NCBI RefSeq assembly: GCF_000143415.4
Contig: NW_003314366.1
Coordinates: 310,001-374,000 of the forward strand
Direction: 5' to 3'
Origin: Selaginella moellendorffii
Taxonomy: Eukaryota > Plantae > Lycopodiophyta
DNA: 64,000 nucleotides
In this document: positions 23,409 through 35,292 of the stretch, piece by piece
Numbering within the stretch: position 1 is the stretch's first letter
How the letters are laid out: every line of letters begins with the position of its first letter
Translations under genes and position numbers: made by a program
Notes under the pieces: model-generated
The model's database searches: none
Told to the model about the DNA's origin: nothing
The model's input: only the letters and a program-made list of their open reading frames with translations

Positions 23409-24573
23409 TCACGACACATACTTGTCCAAGTATCCCTGCACAAAAAGAGAACAAGGATGAATTGAAACGAATGAGAGTGTCGGTACCTTGACGAGCTTGG
23501 TGATCTTTGCGTGGGAGGAATCCATGAACTGCTCGATCTTGGCCTGGCCCTTTGGGATTTCGTGACCTTGCAACGTTCCCATGACTTTGTCCACGGCCTT
23601 TTGCGCGATTGTCTTGAACGCGACTTTGCTCAGGTGGCCTTCCTTCCAAGCCGGCTTGAGCGACTCCTTGACGAAGTCTGTGATCGCGTTCCTCAGCACC
23701 TTCAAGGACCTCATCTCCCTGTCCATCATCTTCTTCCGATCATCACTCGGGCTGTGACTTTGCGTCTTTTGTAGCTCGAGAGAAAACTCCGGCGCTCCAA
23801 ACATCTCCAAGTCACGCTCAACCTCTGGAAGTGGCTTGGAAAGAGCTTCATTTCGAGCTTCATCTCGAGTGTTATCTCTGGCAGCCACAGCCACTGCAGC
23901 TACTTCACACCCAGCGTGATCAGCTACTTCACACCCAGCGTGATCTGGTAAAGCCGAATCCTGATGCTCCTGTGTCTCGTTTTGTGCGTGCTCTTCTTGG
24001 CATGTTTCCACCACCATTCTGTCGTAAGCTTCCACCACTCCATGCTGTTGATTCGTTTCCACCGCTCTACGCTCTTGATGCGTTTCCACCACTCTATGCT
24101 GCTCCTCGACACGCTCAGTCGATGGCCTGGGACTGGGACTATCTCGCCTAGAGTATCTCCTGTGACTGGGACTCTCCTCCCGTTCCCTACGAGAGTATCC
24201 ATTGTGCCTGTAATCGTCGTCCAGCTCCCGGCTCCTCGATTTCCCATTCACATCCCGTCCCCTGGGATAGAAGCTCGAGTCGCGCTTACTGTGGCTGTAG
24301 CTCCTCCGCTGGTATCTGTCCTCAAACTCGTCGTGGAGAAACCAGCACTCATTCCCTCTGAAGCAATTCCCCCTGGCGTAATCCACACAGATCTTCTGCT
24401 TCTTACCATGGATCCGCGGCGGTGGAGACCGGCTGGAAGATGAAAGTACACTGAGATAAGCGATTGGGATGGGCGAGCTAGCTCCACTCTTACCTCAATC
24501 GCTTGGGCGATCTGCTGCGATCCCTTCGGCGCCGTCCAGGGGAGCGGCTTCTACTGCGCTGCCTCTTGCTCAT
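23409..24573 (-). CDS. CCCH zinc-finger protein with RS-rich N-terminus and conserved C-terminal helical domain (Arabidopsis C3H38/C3H55-like)
   Basis: ATG 24573 MSKRQRSRSRSPGRR. Intron ~24433-24493. CVDYARGNCFRGNECWFLH (CX7CX5CX3H). C-terminal AITDFVKESLKPAWKEGHLSKVAFKTIAQKAVDKV...KITKLVK|GYLDKY. Confidence 0.85.
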
Positions 24574-25450
24574 TGCGCCGCCGCTGGAGGAGCAAAGAAC
24601 CAGCGAGCGTCATCTCGCTTTGAGCGCCATCGCCAAAGGTAGGGTTAGGGCAAGATTCCGTAGCCTCTACGGTGAAATGTACGGCAACGAATTTAAAAGT
24701 TCCACGTTTGGCAAGTAGATAACAGTAAACTTTGGTAAAAGGTTCCAGTTTTTCCTTTAGTTTTATTTCTTCTTTTTAACGATAGGCTTATACTGCGCAG
24801 CCCTAACCCCTGAAGCTTCACAGGGTTAGGGCCAACGCCAGCGTCATCAATCGTGTGTGACAGATCTTTGGGGAGGGAAGGCGGAGGAGGAGCCGCCATA
24901 GCCACAGCGCCAAGCAGCAGGATCGTCGGGCAGCTCTGCAATCCCTCCGCGCGCTCGTAATCTTCGCGGCTATGGCGCTTTTTTCCTGCTGCGCTTAGGT
25001 CGGGGGAGCGCAATCAGCAGCGATGCACGGCGCGCAGCTACGGCAATGGGCGAGGGTGAGGTTCCGCTGCCCAAATTTCGTGCTTTCTTGTTTGTGTGGC
25101 TGATTCTGGCACAGGGAACTGGGCTGGGGTTTTTCCCGTCTGTCCATGCCCCGCGGGGTGGAAGACCTAGCGTGATCTTGCCTGAGCTGTGATTCCTGGC
25201 TTGTGGAGTGGGATTTTCTCGTCATTGTTTGCTGCATGGTCGATTGCGGGTTGAGCTGGCATGAGCCCCTCTTTCTTTTTGCTTCGATTTCTCCTCCTCA
25301 ACCCTAGGACGAAGCTCGCGTTCTTTCTCCCCAGTGTCTCAATTGACTAATTTTTTGCAATTTTCTTTCTTTCCCTTTTGTTCTTCAGTGCTACCAAGCT
25401 TGTCGCGAGATTTGGTACACCAGTATGAAATTGAGGAGGAGGAAGTGACT

Positions 25451-28400
25451 ATGGTGTCGAGCCCAGATCGACCCCCTGGATCTCCGGGCGCTCCCCTGGA
25501 TCTCAATTTCCAGAATGCCAACCAAGTAGACGAGCCCACTCTCTCACTGGACGCTAGAGAGCACCAGGAAGAATTTTCTCGCGGCTCCGGCATGGATTCT
25601 CACCTGGGCGAGTCAAACCATTTTTCCCGCTCAGACAGGGAGCTGGAAAACGCTCTCCCGCTGCATCAAGACAAGGAAGATAAGGGGCGGGGTGGCAGGA
25701 AAACTCGATGGGATCCATCGCCCACCAAGCAGGGAGCTCAATCGGAGTCCGGGAACGATTTAGCTTATGGTCAAGACAATGATCTTGACGAGAGACACAC
25801 CATCGGTTCTCGGAGGGCCTCTATGATCTCTTCTTCGAGCAGCTATGGAAATGGTTACGCGGACCATGACTCGAGAAGCCGGAGATACAATGACAGCCGG
25901 AGGTGTGTGACGATCCAGGGGAACATCCGCAAAGATAACTACTATAGAAACGATGTGAAGCCGAGCTTAGAGTACAAGAGCTCTTCGTACGAGCGTTCAG
26001 CGGTTTACGATAGGGGGCCTCACAGATTTGGTACTAGGAATGGCTTCGAGCGTCGGGGTGATTGGTGTGCTTCACGCGGTAGCAGGGATCATCGGGACTG
26101 GGGAAATCGCTCCGAGAGTAGAGAGAGCTACGATGCTAGAGATCGCAGGTGTGATCGGGAAGTGTTTGAGCGCAGGGACTGGATTCGAGGTGCTGAAAGA
26201 GATCGGAGGCAAGTCAGAAGCTCGGAGGAATGGCACTCGGATGACTATCGTAGCAGTAGCGGGCAGTGGGATTCAAGTAGCAGGTTTACCAGTGTACAAG
26301 CGGCGGTCCCGGCATTCCAAGCGAATGAAGGATCGGCTTTTCTTTCCTCTAGTCACCATTTGCCGCCTCCTTCCGTAGAGCACGAATCTTCTACACCTCC
26401 GCCTCCTGTGGCTGCCCTGCAGCCTGTTCTAGGTGATCCGGGAACTCATGTTGCGATGGAGATCGAAAGTGATGGACAAGAACAGGAAGACCGAGATGAA
26501 ACGTATGAGCCTGGAGAGGTGAAGGACGGGTGGGTGTACATCAACAAGATGGAGACACGCAGGGGCCTATGGAGCTGGCTGCATTGAAGCTGCTGGCGTC
26601 CAGGGAGTTCATGGCCCAACGACGACCACGGCCCTGGGTGATGCGCTGCGGACAAACGCCTGGATCACTCTAGAGCATGCACAGTCTCCGACAACGTTCG
26701 TCGCCTTACAGAAGCTGGTAAATCCTGTCGCTGCTACTAGAAATGCAAAAGATGCTACACTGGTGGAATCGACCATCGATGGAAACGCGCAGTTCCAAAA
26801 TGAGTCTTTTGAGTTCTTGGACATTGACGGAAGGGTGGAGAGAATACTTGCGACCTGTCGTGCCTCGGACCAAGGAAACGAGCTTAAATCTGTATTGAGT
26901 AAGTTTTGTGCTATTAATTAGTAAGTATCGTAAGGCGTTTAACGGGCCACTGACTTGTGTTTTGTGCCAGGTGCGTTGGATGCACAGCGACAACACTCAC
27001 CAGACGAAGGTTGTGGAAAAGATGGTTTTTGCGGTCGATATTCGCTAACGCGTAATTGGCTTTTGCAGGTTCTGCTCCGCCTGAGCTGAGTAATCCGTGG
27101 AAGGACTCATACAACCTCGGATTCGGCGTTGATGCTGATTTGGAGTGTCTAGATGCGGTTCCCAGAGTTGTGCCACCCGAGCCGGTGCCTGCTCCTCCGC
27201 CGTCAACCGAGGAGGACTTGCATCATCACGATCACAATCCAAGTCCATTGAAGTGGAAGCCTGGTAGATGGACTTCCAAGGGAGGAGACTGGAAGTTACT
27301 TCATCCGGATGGTCAGAACTACGTCAAGGTGGTTCTGAATGAGGGTTCTTTGCTCTGCGAACGTCCGCATTACGGGGTTGACCCCAGGAGGCAGGTCCAG
27401 GTGTCAGAAAGACCAAAGTTTGAACTGCCACAGTGGGCACTTGACAGAAATCAGAAGGCGGATTCAAGTGCTGAAACGACGAAATCAGCTTCGGCAACCA
27501 GGCCAGCGAAGACTGCTACCAGGGCTTTCGACCATGGAAAAGAGATTGCTCCGGAGAGAGCAAGCATGGAAAGACCGAGCTCTTTCCTTACGAAGAAGGC
27601 ATCTTTCAGCGATACGCGTCCTAAGACACTGCCACCTGAAAGGCACACACCTTCAGCAAGAACGTTTGCTTCGAAAGCTCAGAGACCGTCTTCATGCTCT
27701 GCAGATATCAAGGCTAAATGCAACCATGATCTTGGTAGAGGAGACTGGTTCTACAAGGATGGAGGTGGTCGCGAAAGAGGCCCGTACTCATTTGCTGAAC
27801 TGCAAGCAATGGTTGGAAGAGAGCTCCTAATACCGGGTACCAGCGCTTATAGGAAGAGTGATGATCTCTGGGTGCCACTCCCGCGGCCTGAGATGGATGA
27901 TGGCAACTTCAACGTGACAGAGGTGACCACTTCCAGTTTTGATGGTGCCCGACGCGTGAGGAAAGTCGTGACCACAAATATCCAGCAGACTATCATGGCC
28001 TTCACCAGCGGCCAGCTACATGAACACGTTATGAAGCACTACAAAAATCAGGTGATGTCCGCGATTTTGTTCGAAGGTTTAGATGCTCGTGCAAAGCTCA
28101 TAGAGTCGAACAGAAGGCTTTCAACGTGCTCTACAGTAGCTTTGCTCTCCGGCGAAGATTCTTGGATTGGATATGGAAGGTCTCACCCCTCGCCTTCGAG
28201 CTCCAATGACACAAGTGACGAACGCGAAGATGGTACGCTTATTTGCTTCCCATGGTTTACTGTAATGCCTAACTGTTCTTTCGTAGGTGACCAAGATCAT
28301 CGTCCCAACAGAAGGCCTTTATTCAGGTCTAACGGATTGAGCCAGGAGCAGACTTCCAGAAAACGGCGTCTGGTTTACAATGACGATGTAGAATCGTCGG

Positions 28401-31400
28401 AAGATGAACTCCCGACAGGAAGAAGAACAAGACAGCGACGTCTGATCCGCAACGACGTTTTTGACTCATCGGATGAGCACTTGTACGAGGCGGGACAGAA
28501 TAACAGCTGGGAGACACTAGGACAGTTGATGCTGATGCGAATCTACCATCATCTTAAAGGGGACTTGAAATCGCTGGCATTGATTTCTATGACCTGCAAA
28601 TCCTGGCGCGCTGCTGTTGAGAAGTTCAAGCCAAAAGTGAAATGCCTCGATTTTACGTCCATCGGAGTGCATTGCACAGATGCTGTTTTGTCTTCGGTCC
28701 AGGTATGCGAAAGTTTCTTTCTTTCACTGGTTGGCTAATCATCCTACTAAACAGCAACAAAATTACGGTGGGGGCAACCTGAAGCAGATACTGCTGAAGG
28801 ATTGCACGGTGCTCAGTCCGGATGCTCTCGGGAAGTTTTTGGAGGCTTGTCCGACGATTCAAGATGTTGATATCAACGGCTGTGACCAGTTCGGCGACCT
28901 TAGTCACAGTTTTCCTCAAGTAAACTGGGTATACGACGACAGTGAGGTGTCCGACAGTGCAACTCAGGGAAGCGATGATTCCCATCGCAAGATGAAAAGC
29001 TTGAACTCCATCGGCACTTGTAGCTAAAGTAAGGACGATGAAGACGTGGATGAGTCAGAGCCGATGGACATAGACCCATGCTACAGCAACGAGCAGGACA
29101 TCGATTCCATGACGCAGCACAGCGGCTACAAACGGGTTAAGGTGACCACCGATATAAAGGTCCTAAAGGATAATGGTTACTTGAAAGGCAAACGGAAAAC
29201 TACGGTGACGAAGAAGCTCAACAAGCTAAGACGTTCAGTGAAGTCTGTCGTACTGGATGAAGAATTCACCGAGGTGGACGAGTATGCATGCGATGTACGC
29301 GAATGGGGTGCGCGCATGCCCAAAGCAGCGATGGTGCCACCGGTGACCAGGAAGTATGAGATTATTGAGGACTACTGGATAGTCATAGACAAAGACTTGG
29401 TCGAAAGGAAGATGAAAGTCGAGGTTCCAGACGACTATGAGGAGAAGCTAAGGGCTTCAAAGCTGAAGCGTGGTGAATACAGCCACCTAGACATTCCTGA
29501 CATCAAGGAGTACCACCCTCGAAGAGAATTGGGGCTGGAAGTCATGGAGCAGGAGGTTTATGGAATAGACCCGTACACACATAATCTTCTTCTGGATACT
29601 ATGCCAAAGATTCCAGCGATGACACTTCAAGAGAAACTGCAGTTTATGGAAGAGGTATGATCTTTCAGAATGTTTCTTGTCCTTGGCGACTTACAGTGTG
29701 TTTGCAGACATTGCTCCAAGCCATAAACAAGGAGGTAAAACAGTTTACCGGTACAGGAAAAGCGCCAATTGATTTTTCACTGGAACCCGTCATACAACGA
29801 ATCGTAGATGACGCTCAAGATACGTCCATGCAACAGTTTGCCCAAGGGCTTCTCTCTAACATGCGCAATCGTACAAAGGAGAAGTATTTAGCTTATCGCA
29901 AGGTATGCTCACTGCCGTGCGCGTGCATGTTAAGGCATACTTATTAATTGCACTGCAGGGCCTCGGGGTGGTTTGTAACAAGGACGGTGGATTTAAGGAG
30001 GACGACTTTGTTGTGGAGTTCTTTGGGGAGGTACACGTTTACTTGTTTTAATTCCCACTTAACTCTGTCAATCAATTATAGGTGTATCCTGCCTGGAGAT
30101 GGTATGAGAAACAGGACGGATGCCGGTATTTGCAGAAGAAAGATAAAGAACCTTTGCCAGAGTTCTACAACATTCTATTGGAACGGCCAAAGGTGCTTAC
30201 CCTGATTCTTGAGCGTCAGTTACTGATCAAATGCGGTTATAGGGTGATGCTGCTGGCTACGATCTTGTAGTCGTGGATGCCATGCACAAAGCAAATTTTG
30301 CAAGTCGGATATGTCACTCATGCAGACCAAACTGCGAGGCAAAGTAAGCTTCACTCAATTAAATCAGTCCTATGTGCTAACACGGGTTTGTCAGGGTCAC
30401 TGCCGTCAAAGGCCGATACATTATTGGAGTCTATGCTCTACGACCTATCCAGAATGGTGAAGAACTAACTTTCGACTATAATTCTGTGACGGAGGTGAAG
30501 TTCACTCTCTTTCTCTTTATGATTTGTGCAAGCCTGACACGTCGTCTTACAGAGCAAAGAGGAGTACAACAACTCAATCTGTTTGTGCGGAAGCCAGTGT
30601 TGTCGTGGGAGCTATCTTAATCTTGCTAATGCGGGAGCTTCACAAGATGTTATCAAGGAGCGGCATGGTCTACTGGACCGGCATGTTCTACTTCTTGAAG
30701 CCTGCTGTGAGGGGCCGGTGACAAGGTTGGAGCTCGAAGAGATGAGGCAGGCGGGTGTTGGATCTTGTCTTCTGGACGGCTTGCCGGATTGGTTGCTAAA
30801 ATATACGGCCCGACTGGTATGTTTTAAATTTTAAACTTTGATCTCCACTCATGTTTTTGTAGGTGGAGTTTATGAATCTGGAACGGCAACTACTGCCTGA
30901 CGAGCTCATGAGAAGTGTTAAAAAGAAGAGAAAGGATGCCGATTTATCTTATGAACTCGGTAGAGTCGACGCCGAGAACCAGGTTTGAAATCACATCAAA
31001 GGGGACTTTGGATGTTTGTAACCCACCTCTGTTGTTTACAGGCCGAGGGTGTCTACAATCAAAGGCTGCAAAACATTGCCATCACACTTGACAAAGTAAA
31101 TGTTCCTCTTTTTTCTCTTCTTCGTGATCTTCTTTTATTGACGGCGTTTTCTTTTGCCGGTTTCAGGTGAGGTACGTCCTGCGGCAACTGTTCACGGATC
31201 CTCGGGAGGCACCACCTCTTTTGAAAAAGCTCGATCAGAAGGAACTCGTTTCGCGGCTGTGGAGTGCAGAGAATTCGATTGTGAACGAGCTGCTTAGCTG
31301 TATGATGCCACACATCCCGGCGGATAGATTAGCTGAGTTGAAGCGGCAGGTTCAAGAGCATACGCCAGACGAAAGAGACGACGGGGGAAGCCTCCGGGAG

Positions 31401-32148
31401 TCACTCTTATGGTACGTTTTCTCTTTCTTGTGTTGTTCTTGCTGACGATTTCTTTAGGCTAAGAGATACGCTGCGAGGTTTGGAGCCGACAGTGTTGTCA
31501 AGACATGATGCAGCTGCAGACCTGGTTCAGATGTACGCGTACACTCAGTGCTTCTTTACGTGCGAGGTATGCGTGTCTATGGTTTGTGTTGATCGTCTCA
31601 TCACGCATATTTTACCGCAGGAGTATGGCACCTTTGAGTCCCCTCCGATTGAAATAAGCTCCCTGGATCTTGGCAAGCATGTCAATCCTCCCTCTTGCCA
31701 CAAGTGGAAGAAGACGTACAATAAGGAGTACGTGCTTGGGCAGCTCATATCCTGGTTCAAGCAGACATGCGCTGATCCTGGTGCCAGCCTTGTACAGCAA
31801 CGAAGAGGCTGCCTGGTGCTCCCGGATTTCTCGTCCTGCTACGCCAAGGGCTTGCAGCAAGATTCTCGGCGTGCGTACGGCTCCAGGTTTCGAGAAGAAA
31901 TGTTCCCGCGAATGGTACGCTCGATGCGTTTCTCTCGTTTCTCTGTGGCTAACTTGGTTCTTGTTGCGCAGGAGCGCTGGCCTCAAAAGCAGTGGCCAAA
32001 GTCACAGTTTTGGGAGTTCAAGAGTAACAGAGGGCTGTTTGGGAGTCCAATGCTGGATGCCGTGCAGCGACGCGGCTATCCAGACTCGGAGATGATGCAT
32101 TGGCTCAAGACGAGGCCCGTTAACTTTGAAGGCCCCTACGACGATTGA
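25451..32148 (+). CDS. ATXR3: ATXR3/SDG2-like histone H3K4 methyltransferase (GYF, F-box/LRR-like and SET domains), multi-exon, with apparent frameshifts and an in-frame stop in this sequence
   Basis: WFYKDGGGRERGPYSFAELQ (GYF); REWGARMPKAAMVPPVTRKYEIIEDY; MEQEVYGIDPYTHNLLLD; YRKGLGVVCNK..GF..DDFVVEFFGEVYPAWRWYEKQDG; VDAMHKANFASRICHSCRPNCEAKV; ELTFDYNSVTE; CLCGSQCCRGSYL; FGSPMLDA. The start codon is uncertain. Confidence 0.92.
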
Positions 32149-32485
32149 GAAAGAAGAGAGAGCAGGGACGAAAAACAAAGGAAAGAGAAGGGAAGGAGCC
32201 ACATCTTGTTTTACGATGATTAGCTCATCGCGGTGGGCTAATCATCCTAAAACAAGGAATGTGGAAACAAGGTTTGTTCTTGTTTTTGTACAGATATACA
32301 TTGTCCGCGTTTTGTCGTTTGATTTTTCTTACATGGTCCCTTTTTTAAAAACGAATATTCTCTAGCCCTAATGCGAATATTCTATCAAGATTAGGGCTTC
32401 TGACGGGCGGCTAAGCAAGCGCCAGCCGTTGGATATAGCGCGAACTACTTTTTAAAGAGCGAACATCTCTAGATCACTAGAGAAT

Positions 32486-33795
32486 TTAGATTGTGCCGAC
32501 GATCATACGAGGCCTGCCACTGATTACCGAAGGATCATCGGGCGTTCCCTTGTGCCCACTCCATGCTAACACTTCCTCGAGGTTTTCCCTGGCTCCAATT
32601 GCACGCCCTGCCACCTCCACCCCATCTAGCGTCCACTTGGCCTTCACACCTTCCAGTGGGAAAAACGCGCCCTCCCCACAAGCAAAGGCGCCCAGCTGCT
32701 GCACAAACTTGACCCAGATCGCAACAGGCCTGTTGTCCCAAGGCTGCTCCACCGGACGTTTGGGAGCGACTTCCACAGGCCGCGGACCAAACTCTGCCGA
32801 AGATACCCGTCCTGCCAACAAATCTTCGATACGTGCATCACTCAGGCCGCAAGCTTTCCCGAGGCGATGCAGCCACTGTTTGAAATCAGGCCAAGCATCG
32901 CGATCGAGCCTGGAAACGTAGGCTGCGAAGTCGCCTAGCGTTCCACTCTCCGCCTCCAGCATCTGGATAGCGGCCTCCATAGTCACAGTAGGCCGCTCTT
33001 GGGAGAGCTCCACCAAGCGGAAAACAAGAGCCTGACAGTCCGACGGAGGGAGGGTTTCGTCGTCGTGAACATGTTCAGCTGCAATGCCGAGATCTTCTCC
33101 TCGTCCTCGCACCAAGCAAACTCGAGGTCGATCAATGCGAACTGGTTGCCACCCAAGAGGATCATGTTGCGGGGGTGGACGTCCTTGTGCCGGCAGCCGA
33201 TCAGGTGAAGGTGGTATAGCCCCAGGAGGATGTCAAACGCCAACTTGCACAAGACACCCCCATGGAACTTCATGCCTCGAATGCAAAGTCCCAGCGGCTT
33301 TGTGACAAGCCCATGCACGTCACCAAACTGGCTGTGCTCGGTAGCAACTCCCCATGCCCGGAAGCAGCCATCGCTGACAAGCACGGGCAAGCTGGGCGAC
33401 TTGATCCCTCGCTTGCAAAGCGACGCCAACGCTGAAACTTCAACACCGAGGTTCATGTCGGCCTCGTAGTCCAGCTTGAGAACAAGCTGATCGCCTGTGG
33501 TGAGATCGATGGCACTGTAAACGGCGATGGAGCGGGACGTATGCAATAGCTTCTCTAGCCGGATCTCCAAAGCATCACCTCCAGTGCACATGAATCGCCT
33601 GCTGAGAATGGGCCATAATACCCACCGATCTGGAACGGTTGGCTCTGGCTGCCATCCCTGTTTGTTTCTGATCGCACCTTTTCGATGTGCAAATCTCCAT
33701 TGTAGCCCAAATCGACTGGCAATGGCTCGCAATGGCTCGCAGTGGCACGCAGCCATTGCCGCACAAGGTGACGGATCGCTGTAGAACACGTCCAT
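32486..33795 (-). pseudogene. Atypical protein-kinase-like gene (intronless) with a frameshift after the DFG-equivalent at ~33090-33110
   Basis: LVLK (catalytic Lys), helix-C Glu in GVEVSAL, HLHLIGCRHKDVHPRNMIL (HxDxxxxN), ALIDLEFA. The C-lobe SDCQALVFRL and the C-terminal extension are in a second frame (33115-32486). Confidence 0.7.
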
Positions 33796-33950
33796 CGTTC
33801 CCTTATAATCTTCTTAAAACCTTTTTACTTTTCAACAAGGGCATCTTTACTGACTTAAATGTTTCACAATGGCTCGAATAATTCCATTCCGTGTTGACTT
33901 TCACTGGAATTCTAGGATGAAAGGAGGAGGCATACCATAGGTCATGTAAG

Positions 33951-35248
33951 ATGGACACGGCAGGAAATGTGGTCGGCTTGGTAGATATGGCAATAAAACT
34001 TGTGCGACACATACTCCAAGTGAGGGAAGAGCTTAAAAATGCACCACTCAAGCTGCAAGATCTAGTCTCTTGTGTAGATCATGCGGGGAGCTTGTTACTG
34101 GATCTTCAAGCAGCAGGTGAGTCTGGCCCTATCACCCGGGTGAGATCAGTCGTCATAGAGGAGCTTGGAAAGGAATTGGCAGCCGCGAATGTGAAGATTC
34201 AAAGATTTACTGGCTCGACCAAGAGTGGGAACTTGGATGCCGGTGTGTTGAAGGCATTTTTTGGACAAGGGCTTGTCAAGCAAAACCGACGCACTAAAGA
34301 GATCACTGCTCGGATCAAGGACCAGCTCACGACTTTGAATCATGCACTCACTGTGGAGACTCGCCTTGCTGTGATCACAGCCTCGAGTTTTTGCTCGCCG
34401 AGACAGAGACCTGGAATTGTGCAGCTTCTGGATAGGCTTGCTGTGGAGAATGCGGATGACGAGGTGTGCAGGGTGGCTCTGGAGATTGGAGGAAAATTTG
34501 GGTCGAAGTTTTCGTCTAGAACTCCAGAATCTAATGACTTGAAAAGGGCGGCCCGAGAGGGAGGTTATGAGATCGAAAACTCTACCAAGATCAGGTTTGA
34601 GATATCGGTGGATGAAGACGACTACTTTTTCTATGTTGTCACCTTACATGAGAAGAGAGTGGAGAAGGAAGAGGAGCTTGAGAAAGGGCATTAGCATCAG
34701 CCATAAAACTCCTTGAAACTTGATACAATTGCTTGATGCTATACATTTGCAATTGAACAACCAAACTCAGTTGATGGTGGCATTCATAACACGTGGTACA
34801 ACTCTGATTGCACCAAAGCATTGGTTGAGCTGTTTTATCCGAATCACTCTTTAGCCAACCATAGCCTCAACAGGCAAGGTTCAAGCAAGCATAAGTTTGT
34901 AGCACTTCCTGAGACACTCCCTAACATTTTGTATTGCATTACAGCAAGTTCAAGCGATGTTTTCCAGACCAAGTGAAAAGTAGGCGTGATCCCATAAGTT
35001 TCCGCATTGAGAGCTCTGATCCCAGCTTCACACAAGTTGAGCAGCAGATTGTTTACATTGTTTTCGCAGGGGTGAAACTACATGAAGGTTTCTTCTCAAA
35101 GTTCTTTTTTCTTATCGCTTTCTAAACTGTTTTGTCTTCCACAGATGAACCACACAGAGCGCTAGAGATGAAAGATATCCAGGATAACATCAACATCTCA
35201 AGCAAAATAATTGTCAGGAAATACATCTTTGACATCATGCCAGTGTAA
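33951..35248 (+). pseudogene. HeLo-like/4-helix-bundle plus DUF4384-like protein, copy 1; truncated at 247 aa by a 159-bp insertion
   Basis: Near-identical to 40492-41630. Extra 34646-34804 introduces TAG at 34692-34694. The intron-1 donor is GC instead of GT (aacag|gcaag). Downstream exons remain intact. Confidence 0.75.
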
Positions 35249-35292
35249 TTACGAATTCGACATTGCAGTGTTTAGTCTAGTTGGGCTGGAGC

